Assembly: GCF_963921235.1 (NCBI RefSeq)
Contig: NC_086106.1
Location: 65,286,001 to 65,350,000 of the forward strand
Origin: Mobula hypostoma
Taxonomy: Eukaryota
Length of the DNA stretch: 64,000 nucleotides
Direction: 5' to 3'
How positions within the stretch are numbered: position 1 is the stretch's first letter; each line of letters starts with the position of its first letter. Both the position numbers and the translations under genes were made by a program. Shown piece after piece: positions 13,001 through 25,942 of this stretch. The notes under the pieces are model-generated. The model was not told the origin of the DNA, did not search any database, and was given only the letters and a program-made list of their open reading frames with translations.

Positions 13001-13500
13001 CCTCACATATCACCTGCTAACCACCCACTCTCCTCCTCACATATCACCTGCTAACCACCCACTCTCCTTCTCATATCACCTGCTAACACCCACTCTCCTC
13101 CTCACATATCACCTGCTATCCACCCACTCTCCTCCTCACATATCACCTGCTAACCATCCACTCTCCTTCTCATATCACCTGCTAACCACCCACTCTCCTC
13201 CTCACATATCACCTGCTAACCATCCACTCTCCTCCTCACATATCACCTGCTAACACCCACTCTCCTCCTCACATATCACCTGCTAACCACCCACTCTCCT
13301 CCTCACATATCACCTGCTAACCATCCACTCTCCTCCTCACATTTCACCTGCTAACCACCCACCATCTCATTCTGGCTTCCTGCACCTTTAGTTCCAGTCC
13401 CGATGAAAGGTCTCGGTGCTAATTATGGACTGTGCATTTCCGTCCATAGATGCTGCCTAACCTGCTGAGTTCCTCCAGCACTTCGTGTGTGTTGCTCAGG
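10010..13500 (+). mobile_element. Penelope-like element 3' part, inverted relative to 9121-10005, with a minisatellite expanded in its 3' UTR
   Basis: Decayed GIY-YIG sequence (GIIYCVWCSRCGLL..., RQDLLVATHFN) at 10030-10315. Pyrimidine-rich UTR follows. The terminal repeat resumes at 13365-13500 (ccatagatgctgcctaacctgctgagttcctccagc). Confidence 0.8.
10507..13362 (+). repeat. Minisatellite, 31-34-bp unit CCACCCACTCTCCTCCTCACATATCACCTGCTAA, roughly 85 copies
   Basis: Directly visible tandem array, strongly C-rich on the + strand. Confidence 0.98.
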
Positions 13501-15149
13501 AAATAATGTATTTCGAATGCTTTACTTGTTGCCATATGCGGATGTCTCAGAATTGCTTAGTTTTGGTAAACCTGAAATTAAGTTTTCTTCCCCTGCTCTT
13601 CTGCAGAAAAATGCCACAATTATACCACCCCCAGCAGAAGCATCTGGAGACTTGTTCTTACACCGTTACTTAATTTGTGGTGGAGCAGTGTGTTTTGTGG
13701 GATGTCTTCACAAGAACATGATTAAGACATGCTTGTCGGTTACTTGCTTCAGAATTGAAATGGTGGTATAGGTCAGTGCAGAGTAGGTTTACACTATTAT
13801 CTTTAATGAGTTCTTTTAAATTTAGTTACTTTCTAGGCCAGCAATGAGCAAAGATCAAGGAATCTCTGGGTGGAAAGTGGAAAAAAATATGGATTGATGG
13901 AAGTCTACACCAGGTTCCACTTGCATACACGTCAATGGCTAGGAATAGAAACAATTTTCGCTTAGGTACTGGAATGGATAAGAAAAATAGTACCGAAAGC
14001 GAAACGTGCAGTAGAGAGTGAGGGCAAATGCCTCCTTGAAGGTATTAATGTTTTGTCTTTTTGCCAGGTTAATTCACAGATAGACACTATCATTTCCTAA
14101 ACTTAACTGATTTAGAGGATTCTTAGAATTCAGAATCAATTTATGCACGAGATTATTGTTAACATGGCTGCTTATGGGAAGTTGGTGCTCACTAGTTGGT
14201 TACCAGATTTCCCAAATTACAACAGTCACTATAATTTTTAAAGTTTTTTTTAAAGTGCTTTGGGCATCTTGAGTTTGACAAAGGAGCGATTTAAATGCAT
14301 GATGTTCTTTGTCTAACTTTCATCGTAGTCTTGGAATACCACTGGGTAAATTAGTGGCTGTTACTAACGTAATGCACATTTGTGACATTATATAGGCAGG
14401 AAGATTAATAGTTAGTCAAATAGTCAACTGAACAATATTTTAAAATAAGGCAATGTAAAATGATTATTTATGATAACTCTGCTTTGTGTTTCTGATAGCT
14501 GTATTCTGTAATTTATGACTGAGCATTAGTTCAGAGCCCTTAAATGCAGTTTTCAGTTGTCTGGCGTAATCTGTACCATTTAATCAAAGATTTATTGCTT
14601 AGATTAGATTTCTCCTGTTTTGTTAAAGGAAGGTGCTGCAGGCATGTTCCAATTATCATTCATCAAGATAAGGTAAAGGCAAATCTCTGCAGGGATGGGT
14701 TGCAATATAGGTTATTGACCCAACAGAAGCTGTGGTTCAACCCATTGTATGAAACACAGGCACATTCCTCAAAGGTTATGAAAAGGTTACAGAATTGAGT
14801 AATGAATGGTACACCCTTGGAAAGAATGTGCACCTTTATATGACCTATTGGTTTCTAGATGGCCTTCTCTGGTGTGATCTATCTAAAAGCCTGGATTAGA
14901 TCAGACTCTCCATAATAATGGGGCCCCTTTTAATGTCATCCAGAGGTGTGTTCTCATCAAAACTGAGTTTCTACACAAAGTCTAAATATTGGTATTGTCT
15001 TCTTATGAATACAAGAGGAAATAGTGAAGGCCAGCATCTACGGTTTGGCATTGCAAGACTGCTGATGTGTGTCTTTTGGTGTCAGTTATGCTGCAGCCTC
15101 CGTGCAAAGAGTGATCAAAATTAATTGAAGCCCTGTGAATCATCAAGTC

Positions 15150-15420
15150 AAGTACATAAACAGATCCTTCACCCCACTGAGTCCATTCTGACTATATAGT
15201 AACCCCACATTAACCCCTTTTTGATTCTCACGTTTTCATTATCACATCTCAGGTCCTACCACTCACCTACGTCAGTACTAGAAGCAATTTATAGTGGACA
15301 ATTTACATACCAGCTACATGTCTTTGGGCTGTACTGTGACCTCCATACTGACAGCATCTGAGGTCTGGACTGACACTGAGAGGCAATAGCTGTACTGGCC
15401 ATGCCACTGTTGTGCTCTGT
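15150..15420 (-). mobile_element. Decayed V-SINE-like element
   Basis: Resembles the reverse complement of the SINEs at 37965 and 57150 (caatttatagtggacaatttacataccagctacatgtctttggg). Confidence 0.45.
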
Positions 15421-15699
15421 TGTTTGAAGCCATGCCTGTTTCAGGACAGCAAACAATGAAACCCAATCTGAGATCCTTGCAGTCTTGAATCACTCTGCCT
15501 TGTATGCTTACAGAGACCAGCAATTGATCCCAGAGATAAGCAAGAAGTTCTTTTTAATTCAAAGCCACTGGGCAGGAGCATGAAACCAGTGGGTACCATT
15601 TGTACTTGTGGTATTTTATTTCTTACATCCAAGGGAGTAAAAATCTTTATGTTGTGTATCTGTCGCAATGTACAAGCAGTAAAGAGGAATGTGGGAGGA

Positions 15700-16090
15700 T
15701 ATTGCCCAAACACTAAGATTGTATACATAATTTTGTATACATGTATGTACAGTCAGATACACAATCAGATAAATGTACAGTCAGATGTGCAATCAAATCA
15801 ATGTGTATTGATAAATCTGATGGCCTGGTGAAAGAGCTGCCCTGGAGCTTGTTGGTCCTGCGGTACCATTTGCCAGATGGTAGCAGCTGAAGCAGTTTGT
15901 GGTTGGGATGGCTGGAGTCCCTGATGATCCTCTGATCCCTTTGTACATACCTGCTGCTCTGAACGTCCTGAATAGAGGTAAGCTTACATCCACAGATGCG
16001 CTGGTTGGTCTGCGCCACTCTCTTGCAGTGCTCTGCGATTGACGGTATTGCAGTTGCCATACTGGGCGGTGACCGTAAAGACACATGAGT
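15700..16090 (-). mobile_element. Rex1/Babar-type LINE 3' fragment
   Basis: Peptide RIIRDSSHPNHKLLQLLPSGKWYR is typical of the C-terminus of Rex1/Babar ORFs. Confidence 0.75.
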
Positions 16091-19000
16091 GCTGGCCAGA
16101 TTGTTAAAATAATATTCATTATAATTTTTTTTACCATTTTCCAAGCTATTTTCTTATCACTAATTTCCATATCCATTTTTTAAAAAAGATCCTGCTCAAT
16201 TTCATGCTTGTTGAAAAGATGAACAATTTCTTGTGAATGCTGCTTATCTGCTGCTATGTGCCTGTGATGCAGCTGCTGCAGCCAAAGTTTTGATTGCACC
16301 TGTGCATATATGTACTCCTGCAGATGACAATATAGTCAGTTTTGACTTTAAATGCAGTAATGCATTTTTTGACAGAAGACCTAATTGTGCTAGGGTGGCA
16401 ACTGGTAACTCTCTTTGATGTTTAACTTTACACTAAAAATTTCTGAAGCAATGTAAGGTAGCCATTGATACAACAATAGTGAGCAGCAGGAGGTGTTGGA
16501 CTAAGGTCAGTTTACTAGCATTACAAAGGGTACGTGACAGTGTGAGCTCAGTGAGGGGTTGAGACGATGGGGGCTGGGGACACTCGAGGAACAAAGAAGA
16601 GCAGACAGGTTTATCGGAAAGGTGGGACTGGTTATATTGCAGCATTGCAGGCAAATACCTTCATATAAGCCAGCTGCAACCTACATTTGTAAAGCTTTGA
16701 TGTGGGTCGTCTGAACTTCTGGCCAAAGTATAGTCAAAATAAGAGGGAAAATTAATAACTTCATTTCAATGAGAATTTTGTGGTTCATGTAACATGATCA
16801 GCAGATGGGTTACATAAATCATCCCACCATATGAATATTATTGAGATTGTGTCAGCAGTGGGAAGTGCCTCATAATTAATGAAACATTTTGAATTCACCC
16901 AACTGCTAATCATTTGATCTTGTCAGACACTTGCAGCACCATAAAGGATGGGAAGGGATGCACAAATCTGCTAAAAACAAGCCTGGATCAGGTCTTCACA
17001 ATGCTGCAGTCCTTAAAATAAAAGTACAGATTTAATAGATACCAAATTTTCAAAACTTCAGTCATCAAACCGAGATTCATGCAAATATTCATGGAAAGGG
17101 AAAGGATTTTCTGTCCCAGAGGATATTGAGAGGGAAAGAGAGGCTTCTTTTACTGGAAAAATACTGTAGATTTATTTAAATTTTTCATTTCTGCAAACAA
17201 GATATTTGGCACATCACGTTGCAGGGAAGCAGCTACTTACAGGCATGCAACTCAAAGAGATAGTTGCAAAAACAGCCAGTGCCTCATGAAACAATCAACA
17301 GAATTCATGAATCAGTACTTTGAACAGACCAGTGGTATTGTACTTCAGTATGAACTGACCAACAGTATAGCACTTCAGTAACAGTTACACATGAGCCATA
17401 GCTTAACCTTATCACTATGAATGTCAAGAGTACTTGTCATTATGTGAATGGAGCTATCCGTGATTTGTCTTGCTGAGGATGTTGGTTGGGGGAACTATTC
17501 CCCAGTTACGCTTGTAGTGTGAGAATCCGCCACTAAGAGGCGCATGTGAGCTGCCTGGGGAATGGCGTTTAAAGGTTTTTTTTGCTGGGAAGCAACAGGT
17601 CTGTTCTTGGAACAGTGACTTTGTAGTTAGTTAATAGGGAAGGGAGGGAGTGTTCCATTTATCATCATCCGTAGTTTTCTTTTGGGTCAATATTTAAGAT
17701 CTGCTTCTTTTACTAAATTTTTAGCTACTTATCCGAATGTTTACTTATATGCATGTCTCAGTGTCTAAATTCTATCTAGTAATGTTTCTTCAAAGAATTC
17801 TTCTACACTACAAGCTCTATAGAATGTGTTTTGCTTTGAATCAGTGTGCTTTTCACCAAGCAGGTGTTATTTTGATATCAAGCTGATGAATCTTACTTCA
17901 AATGTCACAAATCAAGCCTCACGTTAGATGGTTAATTCATGTTCCAAATGGTGCTGTGGAGTTCTGATTAGACAACACTCACCAGACAGCTAACATCTGT
18001 TAAGGAATCAGATTATTGAGTCAACATCATATTGCTAATTGTGGGATCTTGCTGCGCACAGAACAACTTGTGTTTCCAGCATTGTGTCATGATGTTACTG
18101 GCTCTGAAATGCTTTGAGATGTCCCGCGGTCTTTGAGGACTTAGGCAGACAGGTTCGATATCTTAAAAAATAAAAATAGTATGAGCTCAGAACTGGCACT
18201 GAGCTGGGTAAAGGCACCCCATATAGATATATTGTAATTGTGTGCTGAGAGCTAACACACAGCCGCCTGACTGCATTAACAAGGATATAGGAGCAGGTGG
18301 TAATACTGAGTGCAGACTCAAGGGGGTCCCTTGCTAATTCCTGGATGGAGGGCAGTCAGTTTATATTTGTTAGACCCCGTCAAATGTATGAGACCAACTC
18401 CTGCGTATTCAGTAATGTAAGAAAATGCCTTTAAAAAGACCAATCCAATGTGGTCTGTGAGTTATTGAATTCTTTGCAACTCTAACTTCGTACATGAGAG
18501 GTTAATGAATGGCTTGTATTGTAGGCCACTAATTAAACAAAGTTTTTAAAAGGACAGAAAGTGACATGATTGCAGTAATTGATGTGAGTGTGATCTGTAG
18601 GAGGAGGAAGTAATTCAAAGGCTTCATTTTACTGCTGATCTGTGCGGTAAAGTATTGCCTGGCCCCTGCAGTCCAGGTGCATCTTTATTAGGTTTCTGTA
18701 CAAAGTAATGTGTGAAATGAGAGGAACACATAACCTTCAATCTGCTTTTGTTAAAGTAATCCTGAAATTGCAATGGAATTGGAATACTACTGGTAGCAAA
18801 TTGAAAAAATAGTACTGCCATGCATAAGAACTAAAATGTTGGGTTGATACTGCTAGAAAATGAAACTTCCTGTCGCATAGTCATTTTGGGAGGACAGTAA
18901 TTTCTCTTTTTAATGGGTGAAGTTGAACAGTATTGTTTAAAAATGGCTTGAAAATTATTCCTAGCTGTCTGCTTTCAAACAGCCGAAAGTTATGCCCTTT

Positions 19001-19214
19001 TAGATGGCTTTGTTGGGTTTAATTCAGACTGAAGTAAAGTCCAGTTTAGTCTGTTTGAAAATGTTTGCCTTTGTTACTAAAAGATAAAGAGGGTTGGGAG
19101 TTGCCAAAATAATTGCAATGTTGCCCAGAGCTACTGGATGAAGTTCATATTGATCAGAACACTTTGTGCAGCTGCTTCCTATGAGAGGTACTGTATACAA
19201 TGAGGAAATAATGT

Positions 19215-20675
19215 TTGCTACGTGGAACAACCCATGTTCCAAGCCTTCCCTGGTTATGCTGCTGAACTCTTCCTCCACTGAGACTGCATTAATGCTGCCT
19301 CATGCACTCATGTTGAGCTCGTCAATTTCGGCAACTTTGCCTTCAACTTCCACCCTGCCCTTAGATTCATTTGGTCCATTTCTGACCTCCCTCTGCAATC
19401 TCATCTGTCTCTCTCCATCTCTGGTGACAACTTGTCTTCGGACTTGTTTTATAATCCTACCGATTCCCACGGCATACTTATCTATACCTCTTCCCACTCT
19501 GTCTCCTGTAAAAATGCTATTCCTTTTCTTCAGTTCCTACGGCTCCATCGCATCCTTTGCAAGGAGGAGGCTTTCCTTTCCAGGACATCAGAGATGTCCT
19601 CGTCTTTCAAAGAACAGGGTTTCACTTCCTCACTATTGATTCTGCCCTCTCCTGCATCTCCTCCTTTTCCTGGACATCTGTGCTCATCCCATCTTCCTGC
19701 CACCTTAAAAGGGATAACGTTCCACTTGTCCAGCCTCCACATCCAACACACCATTCTCTGCAACCTCCACTATCTTCATGGGATCCTACCATCAAACACA
19801 GCTTGACCGCCACCCACACTTCCGCTTTCTCCAAGAGTCACTCCCTCCAAGATTCGCTTGCCCATTCATCCCTCCCCACTACCCTCCCTCCTGACACGCA
19901 CCACGGCAAGCAACTGAAATTTGACACTTGTCCATTTACCTCCATGCAGGGCCCTAAACCGTCCTTCCAGCTGAGGCAAGACTTCAGCTGCCAATCTGTT
20001 GGGGCCGTCCTTCGTGTTCGGTGCTGCCGATACAGCCTCCTCTACTTTGGTGAGATCCAACGTAAATTGAGGGACCACTTTGTTGAGCATCACCACCTCA
20101 TCTGCCAAAAGAGGAGTTTTCCAGTGGCCATCCATTTTAATTCCTATCCGTATTCCCGTTCTGACATGTTGGCCCGTGCTCTCCTCCTTTGCCATAATGA
20201 GGCCGCTCTCAGGGTGGGGGAGCAATGCCTCAAATTCTATCACCTGAAGTCGTGACCTTTGATTTTTCCTTCCAGTATTTTTTTTTGCTCTACTTTCCCT
20301 CTTCTTCTGTTGCCCAGTCAAGCCTCTTATCTGCTCTCACTTGCCTAACACGTCCGCTTGGTGCCCCACCTTCTTCCCTTTCTCCCATGGCCCACTCTCC
20401 TCTTTGGACAGATTCCTTCTTCTCCAGCCCTTTACTGTTCCCACCCTTTTAGCTTCAGCTGTCATCTTCTTGCATGTCCTCCTTCCCCTCCTGCCCCCCC
20501 CCACCTTTTCATACTGGCATTTTCCCCCATCCTTTCTAGTCCTGATGAAGGGGTCTCAGCCCAACATGTTGACTGTTTATTCATTTCCATAGATGCTGCC
20601 TGACCTTCTGAGTTCCTTCAGCATTTTGTGTGTGCTGTTCTGGATTTACAGCACTTGCAGAATCTCTTGTGTTTA
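19215..20675 (+). mobile_element. Penelope-like element, decayed (RT C-terminal region, GIY-YIG, 3' UTR, terminal repeat)
   Basis: Frameshifted peptides FYNPTDSH...YTSSHSVSCKNAIPFLQFLRLHRI and AVLRVRCCRYSLLYFGE...FPVAIHFN. Terminal repeat with a damaged hammerhead at ~20538-20575. Confidence 0.85.
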
Positions 20676-21228
20676 TATTCGGTTTACTGTCTAGCCTGAA
20701 CCTTTGGATCTAAGCCATCATTTTCCTTCTGTTCTGGGACAGTAATAACAGGCTGCCTGTTCCGCACACCTACACAGTTGTACACAGCATGTGTATGTGG
20801 ATGCAGCCCAGTGGGATTTATACAAAGAAGGGAATGCAGCATTCCGAGGGAACAAATTAGACCAAAGGGAGCAGCGATATGGTTTGCACAGCACAGGTAA
20901 CATCACAAACAGAAGGCAACATGACTGAGCAAAGGGAGCAAGGTTGTTTGAAGAGAGCGCTGAAAGGGGATGTGGGAGCAGCATACTTAAAGGACTAGAG
21001 CATATGGTGAAAATATGGCTCACCAAAAGGGATATAGCGCAATCAGAGAGTTAGTAAGTCAAAGGGAGACTCTAACTAGATTGTATGCATCTATTATATA
21101 TGTATACAACAATTACAGAGATACTGTCTTAGCCTTCAGACTAAACAGGGGGTAGTAAAAGTTTTGTAAAATATTCCTCTTCAAGTTGAATTTTATACCA
21201 GTTATTCATTGAACGAAGGTCATATAGT

Positions 21229-22210
21229 GGGGCACCACAGTAGTGTAGCAGTGTGATGCCATTACAGCTTGGGACGTCTGAGTTCAGAGTTCAATTTTAG
21301 CACCATTTTGTAAGGAGCTTTTACCGTCTCCCCATGACTGCACGAGTTTCTTCCAGATACTCCAGTTTCCTCCCACAGTCCAAAGACATAACTGCTCATT
21401 GTAAATTGTCCCACGATTCGATAGAGTGACACGCAGACTTCGGTTCTTTGCGGGAATGGGACCCGTTCTTAGGGTTTCAGAACCAGCCGTTGTTGTTCGG
21501 CATGCCAAGGGTTCGGCCTGAGAGTCCGGCTTGTATTTGGAAGCCTACGATCTCGGGGCTCTGGAGACGAGCGGATCGAGGGTCGGTGTCATGGCAGGAG
21601 ACTGGTGTGTCGTCGGAGAGGCTGGAAAATCTTTCGCTGTGGGCCCGAAGACCTGAGACCTTTGCAAACATCAGGCACAGAGCTCGAAAAAAGCGACGAA
21701 ATGAACTTTTTAATATCGTAAACTAGCGGGTTGCTGTTATGTTTCCTGCTTGCAGTGAAAACTGGGGACACATCCCTCTCCCTTATTAGGGAGAGAGAGA
21801 ACCTGTGGGTTGTCAAATGCTGGATGAAATGTGATAGTCTTTGGGGTAACTGCAAGTCTGTGTCTTTGCTATTGCCTAGCTCACGCTTGTGCTTGGTAGT
21901 GGGTGCACTTTTTTTTGCTGAGGGGAGGGGGGATTGTTGCCTTGCGCTGCATACGCGCTGGAGGGGGGAGCTGGGGGAGGATTTGGAGTTGTCACGTTTA
22001 ACTGTCTTTCATTCTTTGGGGCACTTCTCTGTTTTCGTGGATGTTTGCGAAGAAAAAGCATTTCAGGATGTATATTATATACATTTCTCTGACATTAAGT
22101 TGGACCTTTACAGCTTTGATTAGAATTAGGCTAGGGTTAAATCAGTGGGTTGCCGGTCGGTGCAGTCCATTGGGCTGAAACGGCATGTTCCATGCTGTAT
22201 CTCTAAATAA
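21229..22210 (+). mobile_element. tRNA-derived V-SINE (HE1-like), split by a ~700-bp insertion
   Basis: B-box-like GAGTTCAATT and V-domain-like ctccagtttcctcccacagtccaaagacat (21229-21418). CR1-like tail gggctgaaacggcatgttccatgctgtatctctaaataaa (22120-22210). Confidence 0.7.
21419..22117 (+). mobile_element. Non-autonomous retroelement with a Rex1/Babar-like 3' end, nested in the V-SINE
   Basis: CpG-rich segment interrupting the SINE. Ends ...aagcatttcaggatgtatattatatacatttctctgacattaagttggacctttacagcttt, similar to the end at ~55135-55200. Confidence 0.55.
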
Positions 22211-22545
22211 ATATATAGATAAAATCAACAGTGCAGCATAGTATTTTGAATAGGCATTCACGTTGTGAGATTTCAAATGGTCCGAATACTCCAGGGGCAA
22301 TCCTTATTGATTGTATATGGCTGTGCATTTTCCACTGGAGGGTAGCTCCTCTTCCATTAGCTAGTAATATCGACGCAAGGGATGTTGCTCAGAATCTGTG
22401 AATCTATTTGTCTGATTTATGTCAGGATTTTGCTTGATCAGTCAGTTGAGGAGTTCTCAAAATTCAAGGGAAAGATTTAAAACAGATAAGAGGGCAACTT
22501 GTGGTAGGTATTTGGAACAAGCTGTCAAAGGAGGCAGTAAAGGCA

Positions 22546-22667
22546 GGCAGAAGGCAATGGCAAACCACGGCTGTAACTTGCCTCGTACGCGGCTCCCCAC
22601 TACGTCAGAGAGGCGTGGAGGGAAATCGCCCGCTAACCGGAGAAACTCCGATGCAACATACCTTTCC
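22546..22667 (+). mobile_element. Short RTE-related insertion with 8-bp TSD inside a CR1 3' fragment (22460-22830)
   Basis: TAAAGGCA at 22538-22545 and 22668-22675. Begins with GAAGGCAATGGCAAACCAC, an RTE/BovA-like motif. Confidence 0.6.
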
Positions 22668-22879
22668 TAAAGGCAAGTACCATTATAACATTTTAAAAAT
22701 ATTTAGACAGGTACGTGGATAGGAAAGGTTTTGAATGGCATGTGGACAAATAGGATTAGCTCAGGTAGACAACTTGGGTGGCGTGAGTTGAGTTGAAGAG
22801 GCTGTTTCAGTGCCATAACTTCATGACTGAACCTAGATCTGAGGCGAATGGAGGATTGTCCATTAGATTTTATTTTCAT

Positions 22880-23230
22880 GCTTCAAAGTTCAAATTTATA
22901 TGATATACAAGCTTGAGATTCGTCCTCTTGCAGGCACTCACAAAACAAAGAAAGACTATAGAATTCATGAATAAAACCACGTAACAAGACGCCACATTTC
23001 CATTTTGCAAATGAGGACCAGTCGCTCAGTTAGTTAAAAAACAGTAAACGAAAACACATGGAGCGTGAACTACAGAGACCCTGATCGTGAGTCCACAGCT
23101 GCAGGACCCGTTCGGTGCTGAGGCAAGTGTTGCCTATCCAGGAGTCCTGACGGTTACAGGCAACAACTGCTCCTGAACCTGGTGGTGTACGGCTCAAGAC
23201 TCCTGCACCTCCTGCCTGAAAGTAGTTGTG
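22880..23230 (-). mobile_element. Rex1/Babar-type LINE 3' UTR fragment
   Basis: tcaaagttcaaatttat tail and the gctcctgaacctggtggtgt...ctcctgcacctcctgcctga segment (antisense of the GRRYRSL region). Confidence 0.6.
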
Positions 23231-24660
23231 AAAGCAGAGAAGGAGACCAGTCAAACACAGGCAGACGTCGCTGAACACCTGCTCGCTTTCCGCTCTCGCC
23301 CTGGACTATTTTAATCTTGCTCGACGCTTTAATTGGCACAGGGTAATGGAGATGACCAAAGGTTTGCCTTCTGCCAAAAGGCCTCAGTGGACTGTCCAAT
23401 CCCAACAATGGCAGCCCCAGCCGTACCTGCACTCTCGAGAGTCTAGTTGGCCGAATCCATCAGGAGTTTGCAAAGGCACCAAATCATTTAGTCGATTCAA
23501 AAACACATCCTTAAAAGGGAAATTACAGGCTACAGCGAACGCAGTTCAGAGGTATATCTACTGGAGTGTCTAGTAGTTTTGTGAGCTGTCTGCAAAATGT
23601 TACCATTTGTTGCCAGCTCCATCTTGCAATATAATGATTTCTTACAATTGAGCGATTTGCTTGACTGTTCCAGAGCACTGTTAAGAATCTTGCATTGGCA
23701 GCACATTTGGGCTGAACTGGATAAGGGCAGCAGAAGTCTTTCAGTAACAAATATTAATGACCACCCAGGAGTTTTATGGTCACCATTTGGGATACAAGCT
23801 GATCTTACATCCTTCACATGTTGCAGTTTTGAATTTGTTTCTAGGTCATTAGTCTAGTTCTGTGGATTATTTGCCCAGCAGCATCCTTTATTCTACTCAT
23901 TTGTGTTTTGCACAAACAACAGGAGGTGTTGAATTTAAGTTAACTGTCCATTAAAGAACAGTACAGTACCATGTTACACATTTTGTAATGGTAGATGAGC
24001 AGTAAAATTGTAGATTTATTGTATATCTTTCATCACACGGTTGTATGAATGATGATTACAGGATCTCATCTGAAAATACTGTTCGTTCACAATTAAATTC
24101 ATTTTTAAAAACTTATTTTTTTCCCTTAGGATTTCTCTGAATGCATGTGTTACCAATGAACTTGACAACAGTGACTCACTTAGATTAACCTTTGATGATG
24201 AATATGCTACAATTATTGGGGCAGCTGCATTAACAACTTTGTTTTTTTTAAGTAAAGGCAAGTGACGTATTTAATAACTATCATTGAAATAGTTTGACCT
24301 GATTTTTAAAGTAGTTGCATAATATGAAATAAAATAGAGACAATCTGGTTTTTCAAAGATGTAGAACCAGTTAGTTGGCACTTCAACCCACATACAACAC
24401 TCAGTGGTGAGACAAAGACTTTATATAATTTAGATCATGGAAATAACTCTGCAAGCAAGGGTTATGCTGATGTACAGCTGCTGCCAAGCTGTTTAGTGAG
24501 TGTCTGTGTCCTTGTAATAGTGCTTAAAACTAACCTATTTAACAAAGCTTCTGATTATCTTCCTAATAGCAGTGTCAACTGTTTTATTTTTTAATTGTAT
24601 TCTATGAAAAACTATACATTGTTTTATTGAATTAAATACATTATTAAAGCTGCTGACCAC

Positions 24661-24877
24661 GAATACAAGAAATTCTGCCGATGCTGGAAATCCTGAGCAA
24701 CACACACAAATGGTGAAGGAACTCAGCCAGTCAGGCAGCATCTGTGGAGGAGAATAAACAGTCAGTGTTTTGATCCTTCTGTGTTTCAGCCCTGAAGAAG
24801 GGCCTTGGCCTGAAATGTTGACTGTTTATTCCCCTCCATAGATGCTGCCAGACTTTATGAGTTCCTCCATTGTGTTG
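24661..24877. mobile_element. Short inverted pair of PLE terminal repeats with a hammerhead-like core on the + strand (24787-24824)
   Basis: Left arm ggaactcagccagtcaggcagcatctgtggaggagaataaacagtca is complementary to right arm tgactgtttattcccctccatagatgctgccagactttatgagttcc. Core CTGAAGA...GAAA. Confidence 0.8.
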
Positions 24878-25942
24878 TTAAAGTTGTGTACTACCATTGT
24901 ATGTGTCCCATAATTCTCTTGCGCCAGAGGCCTAGTTAATTGAAAAGTATTTGTTGCTTCTGATTCTTATTCAGTACTGATGCAGGATCAGTACCTGAAA
25001 GGTCGAACCATACCTTTGCCTCCATAGATGCTGATTGCCTCTGGTATTTTGCTCCTGGGATCCTACGTCTGAATCTCTCTTAGGTCTGTGTTTATTTGTT
25101 ATAGGAGCTCTTTGTAACAGTGATTCTGGGGATTTAAAATTGAAAAATGCAGGCTGGACAGCCTCTGTGGAACAGGAAGTACAGTCGGTGTTAAGGGTCC
25201 GAGACTTCCTCAGAACAGCGAAAGAGAGTTGAGGGAGGAATAGAAGAAAAGGAATATCTGATAAGTGTGTGGCCATGATTGCAATGGTGAAGGCTTCTAT
25301 TTAGTAGATTTTCCCATTCCCTCTCTGCAATTTAAAACTGCAGTTTTTTTTCTAATTCGGTTAAAGATTTCTGATCTGAAACATTAACCTTTTTTCACTT
25401 GCCACAGACACAGACTGACCTGCTGTGTGTTTCCAGCATTTTCTGTTTTCAGACTTACAGCGTCTTCAGGTTTTGGAGTTTTAGTTCCAGATGATTCTGA
25501 GGCAATTGCTTATGTGACCACAAATATCTGAAAAGATAGCTATTAAAGGTTTTTCTCCCTTCCGAAAAGAGTGAAGAGTTTGAGCAAGGAAGGGATGAAA
25601 GAAAGATTATAACGGAAGAACATTCAGAAAAAGATTATTGCCTAGAAACTGAATAGCACATGTAAAGATCTGTGACCCGGAGAGACAACAAAAGATTTAT
25701 TTGAGGTTCTCGTGCTGCAGGGTTTGGTGCTGACAATGGACACGTTCCTCGCTTAGTGCCTTATGTTATTCCTCATAAGTTCAACTCTGCAGTGATCCTT
25801 ACACGTGTGCATCACTGAGAAGTTCTTACATTATTGGAGGTTTCTCGTGTGTTGTTGGAAAGTTAGAGGATAGAACAGTACAGCAAAGGAATAGGCTCTT
25901 TGACCAACAGTGTTGTGCTAAACCAGCTCCATATCCCTCCCA

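Noticed and set aside
10507-13362. CRISPR-like array (also considered for 35930-37175)
   Set aside because: Head-to-tail repeats without unique spacers, no cas genes, vertebrate context.
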